This document shows positions 14,000 through 25,618 of a stretch of 64,000 bases of DNA, piece after piece. The notes below the pieces were generated by a model. It ran no database searches. It had not been told where the DNA came from and was given only the letters and a program-made list of their open reading frames with translations. The DNA comes from Azolla caroliniana (Eukaryota; Plantae; Polypodiophyta). The DNA is taken from positions 9,362,001 through 9,426,000 of the forward strand of contig JBHGNT010000013.1 in NCBI GenBank assembly GCA_043228905.1, in the 5' to 3' direction. The position numbers and the translations under genes were made by a program. Position 1 is the first letter of the stretch. Each line of letters begins with the position of its first letter.

Positions 14000-16782
14000 A
14001 TGGTAAAGGTGAACATGATGGTGCAGGGGCTGTTATAAAGCGGGCACTTACCCAGGGACAACTAAAGATAGATGGTGTGCACATGCATTGTGCATCACAT
14101 GTAGTTGAATTTTTAAGAACAAATATGTCAACAAGTGCAACAGGTGTTTATTCCTCACAAGTCCGAGATATCAAATGTGAATTTTGGGAAGTGTAGATAG
14201 ATGAAGTAAATAGGGAGAAGACCTGGTAGTGCCGAGGAATTCCCGAATTGCGATGGTAAAGGTGAACATCATGGTGTAGGGGTTGTTATAAAGCGGGCAC
14301 TTACCCATGAACAACTAAAGACAGATGGTGTGCACATGAATTGTGCATCACATGTAGTTGAATTTTTAAGAACAAATATGTCAACAAGTGCAACATGTGT
14401 TTATTCCTCACAAGTCCGAGATATCAAATGTGAATTTTGGGAAGTGAAGATAGATGAAGTAAATAGGGAGAAGACCTGGTAGTGCCGAGGAATTCCCAAA
14501 TTGCGATGGTAAAGGTGAACATGATGGTGCAGGGGCTGTTATAAAGTGGGCACTTACCCATGAACCACTAAAGACAGATGGTGTGCACATGAATTGTGCA
14601 TCACATGTAGTTGAATTTTTAAGAACAAATATGTCAACAAGTGCAACATGTGTTTATTCCTCACAAGTCCGAGATATCAAATGTGAATTTTGGGAAGTGA
14701 AGATAGATGAAGTAAATAGGGAGAAGACCTGGTAGTGCCGAGGAATTCCCAAATTGCGATGGTAAAGGTGAACATCATGGTGCAGGGGCTGTTATAAAGC
14801 AGGCACTTACCCATGAACCACTAAAGACAGATGGTGTGCACATGAATTATGCATCACATGTAGTTGAATTTTTAAGAACAAATATGTCAACAAGTACAAC
14901 ATGTGTTTATTCCTCACAAGTCCGAGATATCAAATGTGCATTTTGGGAAGTGAAGATAGATGAAGTAAATAGGGAGAAGACCTGGTAGTGCCGAGGAATT
15001 CCCGAATTGCGATGGTAAAGGTGAACATCATGGTGTAGGGGCTGTTATAAAGCGGGCACTTACCCATGAACAACTAAAGATAGATGGTGTGCACATGAAT
15101 TTTGCATCACATGTAGTTGAATTTTTAAGAACAAATATGTCAACAATTACAACAGGTGTTTATTCCTCACAAGTCCGAGATATCAAATGTGAATTTTGGG
15201 AAGTGAAGATAGATGAAATAAATAGGGAGAAGACCTGGTAGTGCCGAGGAATTCCCAAATTGCGATGGTAAAGGTGAACATCATGGTGCAGGGGCTGTTA
15301 TAAAGCGGGCACTTACCCATGAACAACTAAAGACAGATGGTGTGCACATGAATTGTGCATCACATGTAGTTGAGTTTTTAAGAACAAATATGTCAACAAG
15401 TGCAACAGGTGTTTATTCCTCACAAGTCCGAGATATCAAATGTGAATTTTGGGAAGTGAAGATAGATGAAGTAAATAGGGAGAAGACCTGGTAGTGCCGA
15501 GGAATTCCCAAATTGCGATGGTAAAGGTGAATATCATGGTGCAGGGGTTGTTATAAAGCGGGCACTTACCCATGAACAACTAAAGATAGATGGTGTGCTC
15601 ATGAATTGTGCATCACATGTAGTTGAATTTTTAAGAACAAATATGTCAACAAGTGCAACAGGTGTTTATTCCTCACAAGTCCGAGATATCAAATGTGAAT
15701 TTTGGGAAGTGAAGATAGATGAAGTAAATAGGGAGAAGACCTGGTAGTGCCGAGGAATTCCGAAATTGCGATGGTAAAGGTGAACATCATGGTGCAGGGG
15801 TTGTTATAAAGCGGGCACTTACCTATGAACAACTAAAGACAGATGGTGTGCACATGAATTGTGCATCACATGTAGTTGAATTTTTAAGAACAAATATGTC
15901 AACAAGTGCAACATGTGTTTATTCCTCACAAGTCCGAGATATCAGATGTGAATTTTGGGAAGTGAAGATAGATGAAGTAAATAGGGAGAAGTCCTGGTAG
16001 TGCCGAGGAATTCCCAAATTGCGATGGTAAAGGTGAACATCATGGTGCAGGGGTTGTTATAAAGCGGGCACTTACCCATGAACAACTAAAGATAGATGGT
16101 GTGCACATGAATTTTGCATCACATGTAGTTGAATTTTTAAGAACAAATATGTCAACAAGTGCAACAGGTGTTTATTCCTCACAAGTCCGAGATATCAAAT
16201 GTGAATTTTGGGAAGTGAAGATAGATGAAGTAAATAGGGAGAAGACCTGGTAGTGCCGAGGAATCCCCAAATTGCGATGGTAAAGGTGAACATCATGGTG
16301 CAGGGGTTGTTATAAAGCGGGCACTTACCCATGAACAACTAAAGACAGATGGTGTGCACATGAATTGTGCATCACATGTAGTTGAATTTTTAAGAACAAA
16401 TATGTCAACAAGTGCAACATGTGTTTATTCCTCACAAGTCCGAGATATCAAATGTGAATTTTGGGAAGTGAAGATAGATGAAGTAAATATGGAGAAGTCC
16501 TGGTAGTGCCGAGGAATTCCCAAATTGCGATGGTAAAGGTGAACATCATGGTGCAGGGACTGTTATAAAGCGGGCACTTACCCATGAACAACTAAAGATA
16601 GATGGTGTGCACATGAATTGTGCATCACATGTAGTTGAATTTTTAAGAACAAATATGTCAACAAGTGCAACAGGTGTTTATTCCTCACAAGTCCGAGATA
16701 TCAAATGTGAATTTTGGGAAGTGAAGATAGATGAAGTAAATAGGGAGAAGACCTGGTAGTGCCGAGGAATCCCCAAATTGCG
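14000..16782 (+). repeat. 11 x 253-bp tandem amplification of transposase coding sequence
   Basis: Units start at 14000, 14253, 14506, 14759, 15012, 15265, 15518, 15771, 16024, 16277 and 16530; the transposase resumes at ~16783 (SLHAVRGYS). Confidence 0.97.
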
Positions 16783-17553
16783 ATCTCTGCATGCTGTTCG
16801 CGGTTATTCCAAGTTGGATGGTCATTGTATTGCGGTTAGAGAATTGACTTGTTTTTGCTTCCATTGTCAGCAGGGAAATTGGAGATATTGTCTAAACAAA
16901 GCATACATTCAGAATTGGGAGTATCACACTCTGAATGATAAGGAAGCAGTTGATGGAGAAACAGGGCAGAATGCTGACTTCACATATGAGGGACTTGGAG
17001 ATACTTTGAGTGATGTCCTGAACGTTGGGGATAACTTCGCTGTAAATGCTTAAGAAGGAAATTCAGAGGGTGTTGATTTCTATATATGGAAGTGCACGGT
17101 TAGTAAACAGTGTGCAAGGTAGAATTTTGTAGATGCATGGGGAAATTTTGTATCTGCCGGGACATTCTACATCGAAGGCATTTTTTAAGCAAAACTAGAT
17201 GACTACAAATATGTGTACAGGTTGTTAGAAGACAAACCAACAGCGTACATGTACTCTCATTTGGTCAGGTGCATCAACGTCCCAATGTCAGAATACAATA
17301 GTTGCTCAGGTTTATACATTGTTGGTGCTAATGTGTATGAATGTATTTACAATAGTATGCCATGGAATTTGTAGCTACAAGTAGCAATTACCATCTTTTC
17401 GTGTAAAACAAACATGTATTTCGAAAATACAGTTAAATAAAGCACTAGCATGAAATCAACATCTGCAACATATTCCTCAAATTACACAGTAGATAAGTAC
17501 AGTGGGAACAAGTAATTAAATTCTTCATTGAATAATGTCATCTCTTTACATAT

Positions 17554-18648
17554 TTATAAATTACCATTGGAAATGTCTACAAATCTCCTATAAATAGCTA
17601 AGCTCTTGCTAGTCAGTGGAACGAGTCTACATATATTATCCACATATCGAGCTCGGTATGGAGTCCACAACCATGCACCTAGTTGGCAGCTCACTGTTTG
17701 CATTAGGTACTGTCCAGGCATTTCCTCGGGTAGAATGAGACAGCATCTCCGAATATTGAAGTAGTGCCGGAAATGTTTTGTATCCAAAATCAATGTGTTG
17801 TTGGCATTATATTCAGGCCAAGTAGCCCAAAAATCAGAAAGTCTCTTGAATCTTGCAGCTTCCATTTGCTCACAATTTTCTCGTGCCCATTGACCTTTAA
17901 AATGACTTCGCCATTTTGGGAAGAGTCTTTCTAAACACTTCCACACATCTGATTTTGGTTTTTCACTCCAAATAAACAAATCAAAGTATTGCCCAACCCA
18001 CTCTAGAATCTGATTCGCGTCCCTCCTTGGCTGCATATATATCACACTCATCAAGACTTTATCAAGCTCCAACATCAAGGCTCTTCTTTCGACTTCTAGT
18101 GGTTTAGGTTTCCATTCCTGAAATTGAGCCGCTGTTACACCATTTTCTGGTAGGACACGATCAATCTCAATCAGCTCAGGTTCTGCCGACACAATTGGCG
18201 TCCTTTTCCTCTTCAAACCCCCAGTCGACTGTGTTGGGCCTGGCTTCACATTCTGGTGCTCTTGTTTTGTCGATTTAGTTATCAATCCTTGGATTACCTC
18301 GGTGCATGTAGCTACTGATATGCTCGATATTAGTCCACTGGTATCACATGCTGCATCTACCTGCAACATCAAGTCATCTGTGCAACATGCTGCATCTACC
18401 TACAACATCAAGTCATCCGTGCAACATGCTTGGTCAACTTGTGTGACAAGATCACTTGTGTTAGTTGTTACATCTACTTTCAAGATGGGGCCCTTTAAAC
18501 ACGCCGCAACATCAACAGTATCTACACTGCCATCGGCCTTACGAGCAATAGAATCAAACCCTTTAGACTCGGCAACATCAGAAAACACCAACATATTCAC
18601 ACTCCCAAAGTAACTAACAGTCTCACAAAACAATATCCTGAACATCAA
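17554..18648 (-). pseudogene. Cargo ORF with a C-terminal FCP1/NIF-like (HAD-fold CTD phosphatase-like) domain, catalytic motif degenerate
   Basis: ALMLELDKVL...PRRDANQILEWV...FDLFIWS...WARENC...FKRLSDFW...YNANNTLILD matches the spacing of NIF motifs (LVLDLD.TL, RP....FL, .vWS, K.L..vW, NTLLIDD). ORFs 18400-18648 and 17554-18372 are in frame across a CAG>TAG. Confidence 0.6.
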
Positions 18649-19354
18649 AGAGTTTCAGTCATAGAACAACACTCTTCAAATTATCTTGGAAAAACATCAT
18701 AGAGTTCCATTACATAATGTGGATCAAGCAATAACCAATCTGAGGTTTTACTTGTCCAACAGGATAGTAAAACTTCATAAAACCCTAGCAAAATCCCTAA
18801 GCTAACAATCATATCCAACTAAACAATATTTCGCTCCACTACGTCTGGGCCCCTTGACCGAGTAACTGGTCTTGTTCCCGATCGTGGCCCCTTCTTCAGC
18901 CTTTTTCTGGTCGGTTGCCCATTTAGCCTTTCTTCTTTCACCCAATGCGCAAGTGTGTCCTCCTCCGACAACCTTCCCATCGCCTCAGCAGGTAATTGCA
19001 CATCAGTCGTTTCTTGCGCTAGCTTTTCAAGTACAGAGGGATCTGTTTGGACATTTTCAGTAGTTGGGCTCGGTGGGGTGGAATCAATGTCTTGAGATTC
19101 GCAGAAATGTTGCATCAAGTGTTCAAAAACACTGTTGTTGTGAACCTCAATTTTACATGTTGTTTCCACTATTTCATGGCATTTCACATCGTTGCCTAAT
19201 TCAGTAGATTGTTCCAAAAGAATAGGGTGGAGCTGATCTGAAGGAGATGTGATAGCAGGACTCTTACTTTCAGCCTCGTTGGCAGCTATCTCCTCATCTG
19301 TTGTAGCGTCATCAGCACCAGACACATCATATGCCGTCCTTAATCCACAAGATT

Positions 19355-20323
19355 CTACAATAACATGGCAGCTATTTAGGATAGCTAATTAGCTACTTTA
19401 CTAAACTATGGTAGTAGCTAGGATAGCTAATTTGCTAGTACGATAGCTAATTAGCTACTTTACTCAACTATGGTAGTAGCTAGGATAGCTAATTAGCTAC
19501 TTTACTAACTATGGTAGTAGCTAGGATAGCTAATTAGCTACTATGGTAGCTAATTAGCTACTTTACTCAACTATGGTAGTAGCTAGGATAGCTAATTAGC
19601 TACTTTAGTCAACTATGCTAGTAGCTAGGATAGCTAATTAGCTACTTTTCTCAACTATGGAAGCTAGGATAGCTAATTAGCTACAATGATAGCTAATTAG
19701 CTACTTTAGTCAACTATGGTAGTAGCTAGGATAGCTAATTAGCTACTTTTCTCAACTATGGTAATAGCTAGGATAGCTAATTAGCTACAATGATACCTAA
19801 TTAGCTACTTTAGTCAACTATGGTAGTATCTAGGATAGCTAATTAGCTACTTTTCTCAACTATGGTAATAGCTAGGATAGCTAATTAGCTACAATGATAG
19901 CTAATTAGCTACTTTCTCAACTATGTAGTAGCTAGGATAGCTAATTAGCTACTAGGATAGCTAATTAGCTACTTTACACAACTATGTCAATAGCTAATTA
20001 GCTAGTAGGATAGCTAATTAGCTATTAGCTAACTAGCTGCCAGTAGGATAGCTAATTAGCTAGTAGCTAACTAGCTGCCAGTAGCTAATTAGTTGCTAGT
20101 AGGATAGCTAATTAGCTAGTAGCTAACTAGTTGCCACTTAGCTAATTAACTATTGTAGTAAACTATGGCAGTAGCTAATTAGCTACTAGGATAGCTATGA
20201 GCTGCTTTAATCAACTATGATAGTAGCTAATTAGCTACAACGATAGCAACAAAATAGTTTCCATACTTTTTACGGCTTAGCTAATTAGAAAAGACTTAGC
20301 TTATTAGCTACAATATGGTATAC
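19355..20323 (-). repeat. Cargo-gene intron filled with AGCTAATTAGCT-based minisatellite
   Basis: Repeated caactatggtagtagctaggatagctaattagctacttt units between the predicted splice sites. Confidence 0.88.
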
Positions 20324-21650
20324 CTGTTGGTTTTCTCCACTCATTTGGTAGAGCTGTACTGCAATCTCCCAAACAGAATGCAGTAATTCGACAGGCATAT
20401 TCAAAACAAAGCAGATGGTATGTGTGGTTGCATGGTTGTAGGTGAACCAACAAAGACGCAGTTTTGTCCTCCACACCTAACCCGCAAGCGATGCAACATG
20501 CTTGAACTGTCAATAAATCATTTTCTGGTTCTCCTTCATTTGGTAAGGGAGCAAGAATGTTCAGGTTCAAATCCTATCTGCTCCTTACCATTCCCTCCAC
20601 AAAATGTAGTTGCTTCTTAAGGCAGCTAACTACCTGTTCTTGATGAATGTATTGTTCCTTCAACGCAACAAAGAAATTTACCGATTAATTATTCCTGTCT
20701 GAGAAAGATACACCAACTTTGCTCAGGAATCGTTAACTTATTTGAAGCTTTTCCAAATTGTAATCTCCAATAGTATTTACACCGAGAAGGTCCAGGTTCA
20801 TTGAAAGAACCTGGATCTCTGTTTGCAGTTGTATTTTACGTTGGGGATCTAGTGGCCCCTCTAATTCAAGCTCCTGTTGCGCAACCTATTCCAGATAATG
20901 CTTGATTAGCACATTTTACCCTCAAAGTTATTTATAACACAATCACATACCAGCAAAACAATAGTTGCCTGAATCTTATTTCTAATCGTTGTAACAGCTA
21001 AAGTAACTTTGCTCTCCATTGCAGAAGTCATTGTGGCTTTCTCTAAATCAGTCTTAAAAAATGCCAATGTCTCACAGGCATCATGGACATTTTTTAGCAT
21101 ATAGCTAACCAATGTCTCACCTGTATCATCGACATTGGCTTTCCTTGGGTGTCGGTGTGGTGTATGCCCCTGGTTTTGCTAGGAGTCGGCAGTTGCATCA
21201 ACAGTTGCCATGCTCCAAAATCTGTCTATTTTTTGTGCCAAGGTCCCCATCTTTCGGCATCTTTCTACCGATGCCTCACCATAGACTGCCCAAGCTACCC
21301 TATACATTTCAGGGTCTCTGGATTCCTTCGTTGTTTTGTAGTACTCATATGCAAATGCTCTAGCAAATGAAACTGACAACTCATTGTTGACTGGGATCTC
21401 CTGATGAACTTTCTGGTGCAGCCTCATGCAGTCATCGTACAAGTCGGCTCGTACATGCTTCAGCTTGACCTTGCCTTTGACTCTAGGCACTGTATATACT
21501 GTCATCTAGTCTACATCACTAATCAATTTATCACTTAGGACAGCAAGGTCAACACCCTCGAGTGACAGACCATAGGTGTTGTGGAAGTCCTCCTTTGTCT
21601 CGCAAAATTTTGCAAAGTTTAGCACTCTCGGATACGGAGAAACGAGCCAT

Positions 21651-22186
21651 CTGAAATATCAAATCAGAAATCAGAAATAGAGCAAAATCAAAATATGTCA
21701 GAATCAGAGACCCCAATCAACAACAACAACAGAAATAGTGCAAAATCATTAACTTAGCAAATCAGAAACCCCTTTCAGAAATTGCAATAAGATATTTGTA
21801 AACAGCAACCCTAATCAAAATCTGTAATCAGAAGTTTGAAATCAGAAACCCTAACCAAAATCTGTAATCAGAAGTTTGTAACCAGAAACCCTATTCAGAA
21901 ATTCTAATCAGAAATTTATAATAAAAAACCCTAATCAGAAATTTCAATCAGAAACCCTAATCAGAAATTCTAATCAGAAATTTATAAACAAAAACCCTAT
22001 TCAGAAATTCTAATCTGTAATAAAAATTTGTAACCAGAAACCTTATTCAGAAATTCTAATCAGAAATTTATAATCAAAAACCCTAATCAAAAATTTCAAT
22101 CAGAAACCCTAATCAGAAATTTCAATCAGAAACCCCAATCATCACTAAAGACAGGATTAAACACAAAAAAAGTAATATAAACACAC
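21651..22186 (-). repeat. Cargo-gene first intron with telo-box-like (AAACCCTAA) / ATCAGAAA tandem repeats
   Basis: Repeated cagaaaccctaatcagaaattctaat units at ~21760-22140. Confidence 0.8.
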
Positions 22187-23493
22187 CTGCTGCTACTCCC
22201 TGATCTGCAAGACATCCTTGTATGGGACTCCAAGGACTTCACCCTATTCGATTTTGGGGAAATATGAATTGGCACCAAAGTTCAGACAGTAGTAAAAAAG
22301 AAAAAACAAATGTTTGGGGTTTCTGTAACGAAAACATACCTGGACGATGATCGAGCGGGTTCTGTGTTGTAGCTCTGAATCTGCAATGTCGATTTTCTAC
22401 TACTGCGGGAGCTACTTCTGCGTTCGTGCTCTGAGTTCTCCATCTGCATTCAAAATCAAACTTAGGCTAAACAAGAAATTGATGACATTGAAGTCGACCT
22501 TAGATGATGGTGCTATTTCCCAAGTTCCACTACGTCTAAAACAGAAGTTCAAATATTTGAGTTTTTTCATAAATTAGTTTTTCAAATATTTGATTTTCCC
22601 ACAAAAAAGACTAGCTAAACAAATAGCTAATTAGCTATGGCCATTTTAGTAGCTAATTAGCTATAATAGTGTTTCCACTCGCATGCTTTTACCCTTTGAT
22701 CAAAATCAATTTTGAGGATGAGGACTTTTTCTCGTACACGGCTTGTAATTTCTCCCATAATGAGAACGTTGTCATGGAGAATACCGTCCCTAGGCGGAAT
22801 TGGAGATTAATGTGCGCAAACTGGCCCTTATATGCAGGCACAAGTTTTGTTGTAATATATACATTTAGGTACAAGTGGGCTGATGTGAATATCCTAGGTA
22901 GCACGCATTTGTTAGGTAGAAAATCGAGGCGTATCTCTGTTTGAAAGGACAAAGAATAAAGATGATGTAACGGGTTGTGAAGGCCTCCCTCCTTGGGCTA
23001 GAAAAGAGAGGGAGGGGAATCGAAATAGGGATTGTTTTTGTCGAGGACGAAGTGCTGTCGGACTGGGACCGAGATCTTCTCCTTTGTCTTTCTCTCTATT
23101 TCAGCTCTGTGTAGGTTTTCGGGAGGCTGACTCTGCTCCGCGGAACGCTTAAGTGCTTATGGTAGAGTCTCCATCTCACTCTTCTGTGTGCGTGTGCGTA
23201 GGCGTAGTAGGTTTGTCGCTCACCGGCCTGCCGGTTGTAAACCCCTTTTCATTAGAGTATATGTAAACATATACGCATTCGTCTCGTTTCCGTTGTTTCA
23301 TTCGGTTGCGGTTTCTGTGTATTTGTGTGTGTGTGTGTGTGGAAGCACGACCATTTTCTTCCTTGCTCCTACCCTTGATCGGTTATCCCTTGGTCCAGGA
23401 CCCCCGTGGTCCCGCCTCGTTCTACACACGCGCGCGTAACAACGTGACATATTTGGTGAAGCCAACATGAACAGGCGGTAGAGGAATAGGAAG

Positions 23494-24699
23494 ATGAGGG
23501 GTTCAGAGCTTGCAGAAGCCATGGCTTCAGCTGTGGATTGGATAGTGAGTGCGCGCAAAGGCATAGGCGCCCTCGGTAGGGCCATTGAAGCGATCGTCAA
23601 CACGATAGGCCGGTTCGGCCGAAAGGACGCCACGAGCTATTTGGAGGCCTACCGAGCCGAAATGATGATGAGGGACATTCCGGAGGACAGGCGACTGGCC
23701 GGATTCCCTCGAGTGGCAATGTCGAGCATCCATGCGGAGCTGCTCGAGGTACGGGCTGAGAGCCAGACCTGGGAAGAATTTGAAGGTCGACTCCTTGAGA
23801 AATACGGGCTTGATGACGTGCTTCGGCTATCAAAGAGGGACTTCATGGAATGGGTGGATACCCCCCAAAAGGGGAGAAATGCGCCAGTGCTCCTCCGGGA
23901 GTTTGAAGAACGCTTCGCGCGTCTTTTGGCACTAGACCGGACTGTACTGGACACAAGTCGTGTCCTATTGTTTGTTAAATCAGTGGACGTGAGGGACCGG
24001 GAGCAAGTGCGCCTCCTAGTGGAGACCGACGACAAGCTGGCGGTCGACTGGGTTCTGGTGAAGAGATTCTGTGGCCGTTTCCACAAATGGCGAGATTGGG
24101 TCGATAAAGGCACGGCGGGGGTGGGCTCTGTTGTGGCAAGGAAGCTCGAGGTACACCCACTAGCGCGAAGGGAGGAAACCCGAGATTGGCTTGAGATCGG
24201 CTCGACTTCGACCAGCGTGGTCAAAGGCCCATCCGGAGGTGCGGCTCTAGAGGAGCTGACTCAGATGGTGAGGAACCTCTAGATTACACATGCACGGAGG
24301 GACAACGGCGAACAAGCCTGCGACCGAAAGCCTCCGGCCGGGCATCGGTACTTGTGGTGAAACACGGTTGGCCACGCCCGGAAGGACTGCGGGGATTTCG
24401 CCGAAGCGATAAGGTCTAACGTGGTGTACTTGTGGAACGGGCGTGGACATGCTAGCGAAACCAGGAGGGCCCTAGAACTGAACGTCGGACGAGTGGGGAT
24501 GAAGTGGCTGATGGAAGAAGCGGCGCCTTGCCAGGCGGAGACTGTCCACTACTCGACGTCGGCAGGGATCCGGTTCGGGAGCGACGAAGAACTCCGGGTT
24601 CTGGCCGTTGATGCTAGAAGGCCTCGTCGGCGTACGACTAAGGAAAGAGGAAGCGGATCGCGCGGAAAGATGGGTCCGGGAGGTAACCAGGCGGAGTGA
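23494..24699 (+). pseudogene. gag: gag-like ORF of the non-autonomous element
   Basis: 262-aa ORF (F.RKDATSYLEAY, WEEFE, VLLFVKSVD) followed after stops by a degenerate knuckle (..GHARKDC). Confidence 0.7.
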
Positions 24700-25618
24700 C
24701 CGGGTCGAAGAAAAGATGGGCTTCGTAGAAGCCGCGTGCCAGAACTACGAGGTTCTGGTGGAAGAGAAGCGTGCGGGAAAAACCGAAGGGCGAGGACAAC
24801 CGGTTCGGGGCGACCGGTTCGGGGCGAATGGTGATCCAGAGGACGAAGGGTAAGCGCGGGTCGGTGTTCTCCGGAAAGAGTCTATTTAGGTGCATGCCGG
24901 TGGATTGCGAGGACGACCGGTTCGGGGCGAATGGAGATCCAGAGGACGAAGGGTAAGCGCGGGCCGGTGTTCTCCGGAAAGAGTCTATTTAGGCGCATGC
25001 CGGTGGATGCGCGGTTAGGTGGGGGCGGATGTCGTGGAGAATACCGTCCCTTGGCGGAATTGGAGATTAATGTGCGCGAACTGGCCCTTATACGTAGACA
25101 CAAGTTTTGTTGTAATATATACATTTAGGTACAAGTGGGCTGATTAGAATATCCTAGGTAGCACGCATTTGTTAGGTAGAAAATCGAGGCGTATCTCTGT
25201 TCGAAAGGACAGAGAATAAAGATGATGTAACGGGTTGTGACGGCCTCCCTCCTTGGGCTATAAAAGAGAGGGAGAGGAATCGAAATAGGGATCGCTTATG
25301 TCGAGGACGAAGTGCTGCCGGACTGGGACCAAGCTCTTCTCCTCTGTCTTTCTCTCTATTTCGGCTCTGTGTAGGTATTCAGGAGGCTGTCTCTGCTCCA
25401 CGGAACGCCTGAGTACTTCCGGCAGAGTCTCCATCTCACTCGTCTGTGTGCGTGTGCGTAGGCGTAGCAGGTTTGTCGCTCACCGACCTGCCGGTTGTAA
25501 ACCCCTTTTCATTAGAGTACATGTAAACATATACGCATTCGTCTCGTTTCCGTTGTTTCATTCGGTTGCGGTTTCTGTGTATTTGTGTGTGTGTGTGTGT
25601 GTGTGTGTGGAAGCACGT

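Larger units (their letters stand above)
11261..17374 (+). pseudogene. Sola2-like DDD transposase; exon 1 11261-12010, exon 2 from 13003; disabled by stops and an internal tandem array
   Basis: Phase-0 GT-AG intron 12011-13002 joins LLDVPQ|VDLFIR in frame. Motifs: TCCCIYH, CVMGLCQDCG, VDFAENY..QNEIQSM.W..QVT, S(N)GAASQFK, FFGSGHGKGEHDGAG, CFCFHC; ends PWNL*. Confidence 0.85.
18819..22215 (-). pseudogene. Spliced cargo gene with a RING-like Cys/His domain and an acidic, low-complexity C-terminal exon
   Basis: Predicted exons 22215-22187, 21650-~20324 (internal stops and an unresolved frame change) and 19354-18819. GT-AG introns 22186-21651 (phase 2) and 20323-19355 (phase 1) keep frame. Domain: CIACG...LQPCNHTYHLLC...FCLGDC. 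Confidence 0.6.
10433..22694 (+). mobile_element. 12.3-kb Sola2-like DNA transposon, copy 1 (both ends present, decayed), carrying cargo genes
   Basis: 25-bp TIRs at 10433-10457 and 22670-22694 (GGGTGAAAGCATGAGAGTGGAAACA vs revcomp GGGTAAAAGCATGCGAGTGGAAACA). 4-bp TSD TTTG (10429-10432, 22695-22698). Removing it restores the copia gag frame. Confidence 0.9.

Noticed and set aside
14000-16782. CRISPR-like regular array
   Set aside because: Units are near-identical over the full 253 bp with no unique spacers, derive from transposase coding sequence, and there are no cas genes.
21760-22140. Interstitial telomere
   Set aside because: AAACCCTA motifs are interspersed with other sequence and do not form (TTTAGGG)n tracts.
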